A DNA stretch of 64,000 nt, from assembly GCA_030753015.1 (NCBI GenBank), contig JASMDC010000003.1, positions 1 to 64,000 on the forward strand, read 5' to 3'. Shown here one piece after another: positions 19,960 through 29,972 of this stretch (the stretch's first letter is position 1; every line of letters starts with the position of its first letter). This DNA comes from Candidatus Undinarchaeales archaeon. Lineage in GTDB: Archaea; SpSt-1190; JASMDC01. The translations under genes were made by a program, and so were the position numbers. The notes below the pieces were generated by a model. That model searched no databases. It saw only the letters and a list, made by a program, of their open reading frames with translations, and was not told the origin of the DNA.

Positions 19960-21062
19960 ACCGTGGGATGAATCGCGTTCCACGGAATGTGGGTGAACAC
20001 GCGTAAGAAGAACGGTCAATCCCAACATCAGTACCTGAATCATCAGTAGGTGTATTATGCATATTAGGGGTCTAATGATCTATTACCGGCACACCACCCC
20101 CCTATGGTATATAATGATGAACGGCCTATTACCTATTTGGGGTGTCAGCCAAGGACGATAATTGAACAGAAGACAGCGGTCGCGTCCTGCGGGCCTAGGT
20201 CCGGCCAATGATGAGCAAAGCTGAAAATGCTGGCTGATCGGTCGGGCTTGCGGTCTTCCGGGGGAAAGGTGAGGGATGCTCATAACACGGAGCGTTCATA
20301 GAGAGGTTCGCGTGCACGTGGATGTGCAGATGCCTCGACCCAGTCTGGTAACGGAAGGAGTTCTGAACGCTGTGATCAATATTCAGAATCGCTCAGGGTG
20401 GGGACCACCCGATGTGCCCGTGGAGCTGGAAACAGCGTCGAAGCGGGAAGCTCCTCCACTTGGAGAGGGGTAGTTCACAGGTCCCATCGGCAGCTCCGGG
20501 AACGATCTAAGCACAACTCGCACAAAGGACGTGAATGGGCGTTCGTCAACGAACCCACCTTTGAAAAGGGGAGCATCCCTGGTGTCCATTTGTGAAGGGC
20601 TCTCGCTCTTCCTATGGAACGCCTCACCCCGACCCCCTGGTTTCCGATGGAATAGTGCGGCCGGAAGAGGACCTGCGTCCGCTGGAGGAACGCCGGATGT
20701 AAGCTTAGAATATGGTCCGAGTGTGGCGTTCCTGAAAAATATATTAAACCCTGCTAGCACCGACGTCTGCTCTTTGTTATTCGTACGCACGGTTGCAGTG
20801 GAAATCATGATTCATCTTCAAAAAAACACATGTGCCGATGGATAGGTCCAAGAGGTCAGACCTTCGCTTCCTATGGAGTTCGGTTAAGATAGAAAATCGA
20901 GATTGTCAGGAATCTGACGGGATCGATGCGGTGAAAACAGGAATCTCCACAGGAAATGTAGGGGTAGTCATGAGAATGGATGTATAGCTTCCACTACCAC
21001 TATCTTTATAGGGTACCTTGATTTCCACTGGAGGTAGGGGTAACCCTTAAAATGGTGCTGAG
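19960..21062. promoter_or_regulatory. Probable replication origin (oriC) with ORB elements
   Basis: ~1.1-kb non-coding region upstream of cdc6 with ORB-like boxes CTCCACAGGAAATGTAGGGG (20945), TTTCCACTGGAGGTAGGGG (21022), CTCCACTTGGAGAGGGG (20454), GTTCCACGGAATGTGGG (19977) and further TTCC-N3-GGA mini-boxes (~20609, 20642, 20868). Confidence 0.8.
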
Positions 21063-22262
21063 ATGATTCAAAAGACGCTTGACAACCTCTTTGAGGAGTT
21101 CCTGACAAAGGAGAGTATCTTTACATGCAAAGGGGCGCTTCAGGCAAAGTACCAACCGAAGAACCTCCTCCACCGTGAAGAACTGGTCAAGGAGCTTGCT
21201 TCCATTCTCGCACCGACGCTCCGGGACGAGCTCCCGTCAAACATCTTCATATATGGTAAGACGGGGACCGGTAAGACCTCGGTCATCCGTTGGATCGCTG
21301 ACCAGCTCTCGAGCAAGGCTGGCTCCATCGACGTTCGTCTCAAGATTATCTATGTTAACATCAAACTCGACCGGGTGGCCGACACCGAGTACCGGCTATT
21401 CGCCTACCTCGGCGAACAGCTGGGCGCCACCATCCCCACAACGGGCCTTCCCACCTCCCATGTGTTCGATGTCTTCAAGCGCGAGGTGGACGCCAAGGAC
21501 AGCACGATCATAGTCATCCTCGACGAGGTTGATCGCCTCATCTCCAAGACCGGCGACGAGGTCCTGTACAACCTCACTCGTATGACCGGCGACCTCAAGC
21601 ACTCGAAAGTGTGCATCATCGGGATCACGAACGACCTAAAGTTCCTTGATACGCTGGATCCGCGTGTTCGGTCATCCCTATCGGAAGAAGAAATCCTTTT
21701 CCCCCCTTACAACGCTCTTCAGCTTCGGGACATCCTGGCGCGACGCGCTGAGATTGCCTTCAAGTCCGGTGTGGTCGACCAAGCCGTCGTCCGGAAGTGC
21801 GCTGCCCGAGCCGCACGAGAGCATGGCGACGCGCGCAAGGCGCTAGACCTTCTGCGAGTGGCCGGCGAGATCGCTGAGCGTGCTGGCGACACGAAGGTCG
21901 TCGAGAAGCATCTGGACATCGCTGAGGACCGCATCGACTTTGATCGTGTGCTCGAGACGGTAAAATCCCAGCCCCGACAATCGAAGGCGGTGTTGTTCAG
22001 CATCATGCGGCTCAACGGTGAGGAGGTGACGACAGGCGATGTGTACGACACGTACCGTCATATGTGCATGAACTCCGGTCTTTCCGTTCTCACACAGCGG
22101 CGGGTGTCCGATCTCATCTCAGAGCTCGACATGCTCGGGATTGTCAGCGCAAAGAAGAAGAGCCTCGGGAGGTATGGGAGAACGCGGTTCATCTCATTGC
22201 ACCTCCCCTCGGTCGTACATGGGAACATCCATGAGGTCCTTTCATCGGAGTTCGGGATGTAG
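21063..22262 (+). CDS. cdc6: Orc1/Cdc6 replication initiator
   Basis: YGKTGTGKT, ILDEVD, LDPRVRSSL, FPPYNA.QL, HGDARKALDLLR, winged helix with SLGRYGRT. Confidence 0.97.
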   Translation: MIQKTLDNLFEEFLTKESIFTCKGALQAKYQPKNLLHREELVKELASILAPTLRDELPSNIFIYGKTGTGKTSVIRWIADQLSSKAGSIDVRLKIIYVNIKLDRVADTEYRLFAYLGEQLGATIPTTGLPTSHVFDVFKREVDAKDSTIIVILDEVDRLISKTGDEVLYNLTRMTGDLKHSKVCIIGITNDLKFLDTLDPRVRSSLSEEEILFPPYNALQLRDILARRAEIAFKSGVVDQAVVRKCAARAAREHGDARKALDLLRVAGEIAERAGDTKVVEKHLDIAEDRIDFDRVLETVKSQPRQSKAVLFSIMRLNGEEVTTGDVYDTYRHMCMNSGLSVLTQRRVSDLISELDMLGIVSAKKKSLGRYGRTRFISLHLPSVVHGNIHEVLSSEFGM

Positions 22263-22265
22263 CTG

Positions 22266-24092
22266 ATGGAACGATCCAAGCTCATCGAGTGCATCCGTGA
22301 CGAGGGCTACTCCTACAACTTCACACCGGAAGCGGTGGAACTCATCGTCGACAGGGACGACCTCGACGAGATCGTCACTGCAGTTGAACAGTATGAGGAC
22401 ATCGATACGATCACAGAGGAGATTGTTGAAGCGCTCCATGAGAACCGTGAGCTTCCGGACATCGACTGGGCGTCCTTCCTCGAACTAAAGGCCCGTTGCG
22501 AGCGGGGCGAGGACGAGGGGGGATTCAAGCAAATGGTGGCGGAGCTGAGGAAGGTGTCAGTCCCCACCGAGAGCGTGAATGATAGCGCTCTTATCGAGGA
22601 ACCATCTGTTGTGGAGGCCCAATCTGGGACGACGGCCGAAGCTGCAGCGACCGCACCCCGTCTTATCAAGGAAGAGAACGGTCCCGCCATCCTCATCGAT
22701 AGCACGGTCCTTACGCAGGTCCCGACAACATCCCCCGTAGCGACCGGGGGCGCCGAGGAGGGTGTGGTGGTCGTGCTCGGCTCCCGACCGGAGACCATGA
22801 TTCGTGGGGATCTCAGGACCTCCGCCCAGGTTCTCATGGAGTATCGGGAGAGCTTCGATCAGCGAGGGACTGTGGACGATTTCATGACCTACTTCTCCTC
22901 ACGGTACAAGAAGCTCAAGAAGCTCCTTGAAGGACGTCCGGAGCTCTCGTCGCTCCTTTCCATCGAGAGGGCCGCATCGTACAATGCTGACGGAGAGTAT
23001 GGGCGAGAGGACATATCCGTTATCGGGATGGTAACAGAGAAGACGGTCACCAAGAACGGCCATATCATGCTCACTATAGAGGATCCCTCCGGTACGGTGC
23101 GGGTGCTCATCCTCAAGGACAAGCAGGAGCTCATGGAGAAAGGGAATGCCATAGTGCAGGACGAGGTCATCGGTATCCGGGGCTCCCCAGGAAAGGATAT
23201 CCTCTTCTGCAACGACCTGATCTTCCCCAACGTACACCTCCGCAACCCCATACCCCGGACCGAGGAGGAGGTGTACGCCGTGTTCATCTCCGATGTGCAT
23301 GTGGGGAGCAACGAGTTCCGTGACAAGGAGTTCGAGCGGTTCCTCAGCTGGCTCCGTGGTGAGTGGGGGGACGAGAAGAAGCGTCAGATGGCGGCACGGG
23401 TCGGTTACCTTCTGATCGCCGGCGACCTCGTCGACGGCATCGGTATCTACAAGGGTCAGGACAAGGAGCTCACCATCACGGACATCTACAAACAGTACGA
23501 GGTTTTCGCACGTTACATGGAGATGGTGCCCGAAGGTATCCAGACGGTCATAATCCCGGGGAACCACGATGTGTCCCGTGAGGCAGAGCCCCAGCCCGCG
23601 GTCTTCAACGAGTTCGCACGGGACCTGTACGAGAAGGACCGCTACATCATCTCATCCAATCCCTCGCTGGTCAGGCTCCATGACACTCTTGACGTACTGA
23701 TGTACCACGGTGCGAGCCTGGACTCCATGATCGATGCTCTCCCTCAGCTCAAGGACGGCTACAACCGCCCATCGCTGGTCATGGAGCAGCTGATCCGCAA
23801 GCGCCACCTCAACCCGATCTTCGGCCATAAGACGCGCATATTCCCCGAGCGTGAGGACCTCCTCGTAATCCAACCCGTCCCCCATGTGTTCCATGCAGGA
23901 CACGTCCATACGTACGATCATACCATGTATCGTGGTATCCATCTCATCAACTCTGGCACGTTCCAGGGGCAGACGGAGTTCCAGGTCAGGATGGGCCATC
24001 AGCCCACTCCGTCCATCGTGCCCGTATTGAATCTCAAGACGGGTAATATCAAGCGTCTCGGTTTCGCTGAGGTCAATAGAGGTGGCGTGTGA
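22266..24092 (+). CDS. polB: DNA polymerase D small (exonuclease) subunit DP1
   Basis: OB fold, then calcineurin-like motifs SDVHVGS, GDLVDGIG, PGNHD, YHG, GHVH, NSGT.Q.QT.FQ. Confidence 0.95.
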   Translation: MERSKLIECIRDEGYSYNFTPEAVELIVDRDDLDEIVTAVEQYEDIDTITEEIVEALHENRELPDIDWASFLELKARCERGEDEGGFKQMVAELRKVSVPTESVNDSALIEEPSVVEAQSGTTAEAAATAPRLIKEENGPAILIDSTVLTQVPTTSPVATGGAEEGVVVVLGSRPETMIRGDLRTSAQVLMEYRESFDQRGTVDDFMTYFSSRYKKLKKLLEGRPELSSLLSIERAASYNADGEYGREDISVIGMVTEKTVTKNGHIMLTIEDPSGTVRVLILKDKQELMEKGNAIVQDEVIGIRGSPGKDILFCNDLIFPNVHLRNPIPRTEEEVYAVFISDVHVGSNEFRDKEFERFLSWLRGEWGDEKKRQMAARVGYLLIAGDLVDGIGIYKGQDKELTITDIYKQYEVFARYMEMVPEGIQTVIIPGNHDVSREAEPQPAVFNEFARDLYEKDRYIISSNPSLVRLHDTLDVLMYHGASLDSMIDALPQLKDGYNRPSLVMEQLIRKRHLNPIFGHKTRIFPEREDLLVIQPVPHVFHAGHVHTYDHTMYRGIHLINSGTFQGQTEFQVRMGHQPTPSIVPVLNLKTGNIKRLGFAEVNRGGV

Positions 24093-24324
24093 TGGACCCT
24101 GAGACACTGACCGTTCATTTTTTGAATGTGGCCTGGTACCCACTGAGCGTGGATCCGACCGCATTCCCATCCACAGAGGGGGGCCTACACAAGTGACACT
24201 CTCTTCTCTTAACGGGAACGGCCAGGCCATCCTTGGAGATGATAACGGCCCGAAAGAAAAAATACCTGTCCGCCGGGTTGGAGGCGTGGATGTCAACTCG
24301 TGCACCGAGAATGACGCGTCCAAG

Positions 24325-27300
24325 ATGGATGTCGAGGTGTCGCCGCGCCTGTGTGCGTACTTCACTGCGTTGGAGCGTGATGCACGACAGTTGTACGAGA
24401 TCGCAGAAGAGGCAAGGAAGAAAGGCCTTGATCCTGAGTCACAGGTCAACATTCCTCTGGCCCGGGACGTAGCGGCACGGGTGGAGGGTCTCATCTCGTC
24501 CATCTATCCACAACTGACCGGCTCGGGGCTCGCCGAGGCAATCCGTTTACTGGAGGACGAATTCAGTAAGAACGATGAACGGATTTGTTTTCATGCAGCT
24601 GAACGGGTGGCGCGCGAGGAGTTCTGTAAATTCGAGAGTACTGAACAGGCACTCGATGCCGGCGTCCGTGTGGGTGTGGCATATAACACACAAGGTATCG
24701 TCACAGCGCCCCTTGAGGGCATCGCGCGGGTAAAGGTCAAGAAGCGTATGGATGGCGGCGAGTACGTAGCCATCTACTATGCGGGGCCTATCCGGAGCGC
24801 TGGTGGAACTGCCAACGCGCTCTCCGTGCTCATCACTGATTTCCTACGCTCAAAGTTCGGTTACCAGTCGTACGATCCGCTCGACAATGAAGTGGAGCGG
24901 TTCGTTACCGAGCTCGAGGACTACGATTCAAAGATCACGAACCTCCAGTTCAAGGTGTCGGCCAATGACATCCGGACAATGGTACATCACATCCCCGTCG
25001 AGGTGAGCGGCGACGCCACCGAGAAACTGGAAGTCCTCTCCTACAAGGACCTTGAGCGTGTCGAGACCAATAATATCCGGTCGGGTGTCTGTCTCACTCT
25101 ATCCTGTATCTACGGTAAGGCCTTCAAGCTCCTCAAGCGGATCAAAGGGAACCTATCCGGTTTCGAACTCGAGCATTGGATATTCCTTGAAGAGATGATG
25201 TCTAAGGGAAAGAAAGAAGAGAAGACGTCCGGTTCGAAGGGTGTCGAACCCTCCTACAAGTACATGAGCGAGCTTCCCGGGGGACGTCCGGTCTTCTCGT
25301 ACCCATCTCGAGCGGGCGGGTTCCGCCTCAGATACGGCCGGAGCAGGAATACGGGATTCGCGGCCTGCGGTGTCCATCCGGCCACTATGGTGGTGACGGA
25401 CGAGTTCATCTCCGTTGGTACACAGCTCAAGATAGAGTACCCCGGAAAGGCGACCGTCGCAATGCCAGTGGACGGTATCGAGGGACCGATCGTAAGGACC
25501 AGTGACGGATCCGTAGTCCGTGTAACTTCGATTGAGCAGGCACGCGAAGTGAGGAAGGATATCGACAAGGTGCTCTTCCTAGGGGACCTCTTGATAGGAT
25601 TCGGCGAGTTCGCTACGAACGGAAAGAAGCTCCTACCGGCTGGCTGGTGCGAGGAGTGGTGGGAGGGTCTCGTGCGTGAGAGCAACGAGGAACCGAGCAC
25701 CCCTGGTTCGTTCTCCGAAGCACTCGCGATCTCACAGCGGTTGAAGATCCCTCTCCACCCGCGGCACACACACTTCTACTCCGACCTATCACGGGATCAG
25801 CTGTCCGCACTAGCGCGATGGTTAGGGACAGGGACTATCGAGCGTGTTCCGCGAGATCATGCAGATGGGGGCACTATCATCCATCTTAGACTCAAGCATG
25901 ATGACGCTGGCAAGGATGCCCTTGAGATCGCGTGCCTACCACACTCGGTGACCGATGGTGAAGTGGTCATCGAGGGGGAAGCAGAAGAGCTACTCGTCAC
26001 CTTTGGAATGTTGGATGTAGACCGCATCGATCCATCGCGACTGCTGGGGATCTTGGACGAACTCCGTGATGCCTCGGCCCTTGAGGTCATCAACGCCGTT
26101 TCCCCGGTCATGATCAAACCTTTCGCTCCCGCGTACATTGGAACGAGGATGGGCCGACCCGAGAAAGCAGAGAGACGGATCATGAAGGGATCGCCCAACC
26201 TTCTCTTCCCTGTTGGTCGTGATGATGCGGGGGAGAAGAAGCAGCGTTCGCTCATCAAGGCCGCTCAGCACAAGACCGTGCGTGTCGAGCTAGGAAAACG
26301 CTTCTGCCCGGAGTGCAAGGAGTTCACGTTCATGGCGAACTGTCCGACCTGTGGGGCCCTCACAGAGCAGAGAAGGGTTTGTGTCCGGTGTGGCCAGGTC
26401 ACTAAACTGGACATGCATTGTGAAATACCTACAAAGAGATCGGACTTCTACCATCTTCCGTTCAAGGAGCTCATCGATGCGGCCGCCGGTAACGTAGGCG
26501 AGCGAGTGCCTGCCGAACTGAAGGGCGTGCTCGGGATGAGCTCACGCTCCAAGATACCTGAGCGTATGGAGAAGGGGATACTACGTGCCAAGCACCGCGT
26601 GCTAGTGAACAAGGACGGTACGATCAGGTTCGATGGTACGGACTGTCCCATCAGCCATTTCACGCCCATTGAGATCGGAACAACAGTGGAGCGTCTAAGA
26701 GAGCTCGGGTACGTCGAGGACATCCATGGGAAGACGCTCGAACATGAGAATCAGGTGGTCGAACTTCTAGCTCAGGATATCCTTGTGTCCGACTTTAGGG
26801 ATCCTGACGGTAAAATCGCTTCGGGAGCTGACTACTGTACTCAGATATGCAACTTCGTCGACGATCTCCTCGAGAGGTTCTATGGGATGCCCCGATTCTA
26901 CAATATTTCATGCCGCGAAGACCTCGTAGGACACCTTGTAATCACGCTCGCACCCCACACATCGGCCGCCATCATTGGAAGGATCATCGGATTCACTCCT
27001 GCCAGAGTATACTATACTCATCCTCTGCTTATTGCTGCACGTAGACGGAATGCGGATGGGGATGAGGATTCTATCTCATTGGCGCTCGATGCGCTCCTCA
27101 ACTTCTCACGGTCATTCCTCCCTGATACACAGGGGGCTCGAACCATGGACGCACCTCTCGTGCTCACACTCATACTGAATCCCTCAGAGATTGATGATGA
27201 GGTATGGGATATGGACACGAGCTGGAGGTATAATCCAGCCTTCTACGAGATGACGTACGATTATCCTGAACCGAAGGATGCAAAGAAAGCGCATAATATT

Positions 27301-27819
27301 GAACAGTATGCCGACAGGATCGGTAATAACTCTCAGTACGAGGGGCTTGGATTCAACATAGGGACGACCGATGTTAGCGCTGGACCCACTATTACTGCAT
27401 ACAAATTTCTGGGAAGTATGCTCGAGAAAGTGGATGCACAGCTTGAGCTTGGACGTAAGATACGTGCTGTGAACGTGGACGGAGTTGCTGGTCTAGTGCT
27501 AGGGACACACTTCCTTAGTGATATCAAAGGGAATATTCGTACGTTCACCAGACAAAAGATCCGATGTATCACATGTAATTCCAAGTACCGTCGCGTTCCT
27601 CTGACCGGCGTATGCACAAGGTGTGGGGGTAAGCTAATACTAACTGTCGCTCCAGGAAGTGTCTCAAAGTATATCGCACCTTCAATGAGGATCGCTGAGA
27701 ATTTCAAGATAACTCCGTATCTCAATCAGCAACTTGAGGTTGCATCAAGACGTCTTTTGTCTATGTTCGGAAAAGAGAAACATCAGCAAGTTGGCCTTGA
27801 TACTTTTCTTTCAAAATAA
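24325..27819 (+). CDS. polC: DNA polymerase D large subunit DP2
   Basis: YAGPIRSAGGTA, GGFRLRYGRSRNTG, RMGRPEKA, Zn fingers, RRNADGDED catalytic motif; no intein seen. Start ATG 24325 or GTG 24193. Confidence 0.96.
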   Translation: MDVEVSPRLCAYFTALERDARQLYEIAEEARKKGLDPESQVNIPLARDVAARVEGLISSIYPQLTGSGLAEAIRLLEDEFSKNDERICFHAAERVAREEFCKFESTEQALDAGVRVGVAYNTQGIVTAPLEGIARVKVKKRMDGGEYVAIYYAGPIRSAGGTANALSVLITDFLRSKFGYQSYDPLDNEVERFVTELEDYDSKITNLQFKVSANDIRTMVHHIPVEVSGDATEKLEVLSYKDLERVETNNIRSGVCLTLSCIYGKAFKLLKRIKGNLSGFELEHWIFLEEMMSKGKKEEKTSGSKGVEPSYKYMSELPGGRPVFSYPSRAGGFRLRYGRSRNTGFAACGVHPATMVVTDEFISVGTQLKIEYPGKATVAMPVDGIEGPIVRTSDGSVVRVTSIEQAREVRKDIDKVLFLGDLLIGFGEFATNGKKLLPAGWCEEWWEGLVRESNEEPSTPGSFSEALAISQRLKIPLHPRHTHFYSDLSRDQLSALARWLGTGTIERVPRDHADGGTIIHLRLKHDDAGKDALEIACLPHSVTDGEVVIEGEAEELLVTFGMLDVDRIDPSRLLGILDELRDASALEVINAVSPVMIKPFAPAYIGTRMGRPEKAERRIMKGSPNLLFPVGRDDAGEKKQRSLIKAAQHKTVRVELGKRFCPECKEFTFMANCPTCGALTEQRRVCVRCGQVTKLDMHCEIPTKRSDFYHLPFKELIDAAAGNVGERVPAELKGVLGMSSRSKIPERMEKGILRAKHRVLVNKDGTIRFDGTDCPISHFTPIEIGTTVERLRELGYVEDIHGKTLEHENQVVELLAQDILVSDFRDPDGKIASGADYCTQICNFVDDLLERFYGMPRFYNISCREDLVGHLVITLAPHTSAAIIGRIIGFTPARVYYTHPLLIAARRRNADGDEDSISLALDALLNFSRSFLPDTQGARTMDAPLVLTLILNPSEIDDEVWDMDTSWRYNPAFYEMTYDYPEPKDAKKAHNIEQYADRIGNNSQYEGLGFNIGTTDVSAGPTITAYKFLGSMLEKVDAQLELGRKIRAVNVDGVAGLVLGTHFLSDIKGNIRTFTRQKIRCITCNSKYRRVPLTGVCTRCGGKLILTVAPGSVSKYIAPSMRIAENFKITPYLNQQLEVASRRLLSMFGKEKHQQVGLDTFLSK

Positions 27820-27860
27820 GAAATATTTAGATAATAGATAAAATCAATTTCTGTTAGAAT

Positions 27861-27970
27861 TGACATTATAATTTACTGATATAGTTTCTGATTATATATT
27901 ATATTGACCTTATAATATACTGTTATAGTTACTATACTATAATACTATATGACCATCTAATTTACTGGTA
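27861..27970 (+). repeat. Three direct copies of a 21-bp motif at 44-45 bp spacing
   Basis: TGACATTATAATTTACTGATA (27861), TGACCTTATAATATACTGTTA (27905), TGACCATCTAATTTACTGGTA (27950). Confidence 0.85.
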
Positions 27971-28006
27971 AAACTTATCAATCTTAATTACTTCATTTTT
28001 TTCATT

Positions 28007-28459
28007 ATGATTAAAAAGAAACTAGGTAGACGTTTTTCTGATCAAGCATGTACGAACAAGTCATGTAGGAATTTCGCTGTACCAGGACTTGGTAACATAA
28101 TCGGAAATGGCACTTATCAAATCCAAGATGGTATAGTTAGGAAGTTCTTTTGTCGAACATGCAAGAAATCTTTTTGTGATCGAACTAGAACAGCTTTCTA
28201 TGATTTGCGAACTAAGGATAAGATATTCTATGATGCTCTAACACTTATTATCAAAGGCAAGAGCATAAGATCCGTTGCAAATGAGCTCGATACGACACTT
28301 GACACTGTAAGATCTTGGCTCACTCGTGCAGCATCACATCCGGACGATGTGAATTCTACACTTTCAAATCGAACTGGATTTGAGGTCGAGAAGCTCAATG
28401 AACTATGGTCATCAGTACGTGCAAAGCGGTTTTCTGAATGGAAGAGGAGAGATAAATGA
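28007..28459 (+). CDS. Truncated IS1-family (InsA-like) zinc-ribbon + HTH protein, lacking DDE domain
   Basis: C-x4-C...GNIIGNGTY...CRTCKKSF...TAFYDLRT...GKSIRSVA...DTVRSWL.RAA.H. Ends just after LNELWSSV, where IS1 transposases have DELW. Confidence 0.75.
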   Translation: MIKKKLGRRFSDQACTNKSCRNFAVPGLGNIIGNGTYQIQDGIVRKFFCRTCKKSFCDRTRTAFYDLRTKDKIFYDALTLIIKGKSIRSVANELDTTLDTVRSWLTRAASHPDDVNSTLSNRTGFEVEKLNELWSSVRAKRFSEWKRRDK

Positions 28460-28635
28460 ACCGTTAACTATTTTCCTTTCTTTTTAGCGAAAGCAAGACC
28501 AAGCATGAGTTTTGAGAACACTCCCATTTTATATTCACTGTCAGTCAGACAATACCACGATAACCTTGATATAAACGTTCTCATGATAGTAGAGTAGAAT
28601 ATTGTAGGATAATAGAGTAGTATAGTATATAGTAA

Positions 28636-28681
28636 TACCAGTAAATTATAATGTCAATTATATCAGTAAATTAGATGGTCA
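28636..28681 (-). repeat. Two inverted copies of the 21-bp motif
   Basis: TACCAGTAAATTATAATGTCA (28636-28656) and TATCAGTAAATTAGATGGTCA (28661-28681). Confidence 0.85.
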
Positions 28682-28741
28682 TTATATTTTATTGATAGCT
28701 AAAGCTAATCCGAAATTATCTTTCATTAACATTAATTCACA

Positions 28742-29629
28742 CTAGATTGCTAGTACTCTGCCCGACCTTATCGAGTCGAGTTCTTCCCTCTCATGATCAA
28801 TCTCTTTCACTGATGATTTCTCAGAGTCATCGGTGTGAGCGAACAGGTTCTCTAGATCGAGCTGGAAACTATACTGATTTATTGAGAGGTTGAAACGAAC
28901 ACCGTTCTTCTTCATGTATTTCTCAGCAAAATACGGTTTACTATGATATCGGCTTGTCTCTTCAATCTCTCCCTTGCGTGAGCCCCACCACACTTTCTTG
29001 AAATCCCCTTCCTTGAGATTTACATCAACGTAAGAGAGTATGAGACTATCAGTAAGATGGATTTCTTCCCGCATATAATTCGCTATCTTGACCTCTGACC
29101 ATCCTTCACCTTTCCTCAACTTCATTGCAAGGGCATCGATAGTCTGGTCGATTTTTCTCTCATGAATAACTTTTCCAATCCCTGAACGTTCACCTTTGTC
29201 GAGCATACCGTACGCAACGTCAAGGGCTACCAGCTCCTCCATCCACTCCGATCCATCACGAAGAGCTGCATGAGTGGCTTCATGAGCAAGTATGTAGTCT
29301 ACGATAGCAGCATTCCCTGCATGCTTTGTGTTCACGTAGATTTCAGTTTCGCTCGGTCCGAACCATCCAGGTAGCCGGGTAAGACCGCCAATCCCGTCAT
29401 CGAGCTCAGCGTACCAGAGGTTGTCGGTTGAATAAGTGTAATGGACATCGAAATGTCGGTTGACCTTACCGTAGATCTGCTCACCTTCACGTCTCAGGTC
29501 ATATGTGGAATTGATGCCGTCAGCACATTCAGGTGCGTTGATATACTCACTGATGTGATATTTGAGGTCCTTGACGATCTCATCCGTCTCGATAAAGTCA
29601 ACACCGATGGAGTCGATGAGCTCGTCCAT
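28742..29629 (-). CDS. Hypothetical protein with HExxH zinc-metalloprotease motif
   Basis: EIYVN...ILAHEATHAAL...E; TTTATAAAA box upstream on the minus strand. Confidence 0.65.
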   Translation of the reverse strand: MDELIDSIGVDFIETDEIVKDLKYHISEYINAPECADGINSTYDLRREGEQIYGKVNRHFDVHYTYSTDNLWYAELDDGIGGLTRLPGWFGPSETEIYVNTKHAGNAAIVDYILAHEATHAALRDGSEWMEELVALDVAYGMLDKGERSGIGKVIHERKIDQTIDALAMKLRKGEGWSEVKIANYMREEIHLTDSLILSYVDVNLKEGDFKKVWWGSRKGEIEETSRYHSKPYFAEKYMKKNGVRFNLSINQYSFQLDLENLFAHTDDSEKSSVKEIDHEREELDSIRSGRVLAI

Positions 29630-29725
29630 ACCCTATACCCGAGTTTTCCAAGCATGACCCTCTTTTTATAAACCTATTGGAGGGGCTTCCGGTCACCGCA
29701 TTAATCACGGACAAGAGAAAGATTA

Positions 29726-29932
29726 TCATTTGCCATGCGGGCGAATGTTCTTTGCAACGAGCTCGACGATATCAGCTGCTTGTGCATCGGACCCGGACCG
29801 GGCAATGCCTTGTGAGAGTGCTCCAAGGCACGTTTGACAAGCAGTTGCCACAATCGTCGCACCCGTATCGAGCAGTTCGCTGACGCGCTCATCAGCAATG
29901 GCTTCTGGTGTTTCATTGCGGGTGATCCTCAT
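29726..29932 (-). pseudogene. Fragment of a CCG-domain (Fe-S oxidoreductase) C-terminus
   Basis: PEAIADERVSELLDTGATIVATACQTC...DIVELVA is the C-terminal half of a CCG domain; the CCG(A)GGG start is missing. Confidence 0.55.
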
Positions 29933-29972
29933 GCCACCACGAGGCCCCTTGAGATGAGCACCTGCACTCGCA

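Noticed and set aside
20276-20845. Short ORFs in the cdc6 upstream region
   Set aside because: No protein-like features; the region is better explained as an origin.
24325-27819. Intein in DP2
   Set aside because: Length is ordinary, the catalytic region is continuous and no splicing motifs were seen.
27861-27970. Spaced repeats as a CRISPR array
   Set aside because: Only three degenerate copies, spacers resemble each other and are low-complexity, inverted copies lie nearby, and there are no cas genes.
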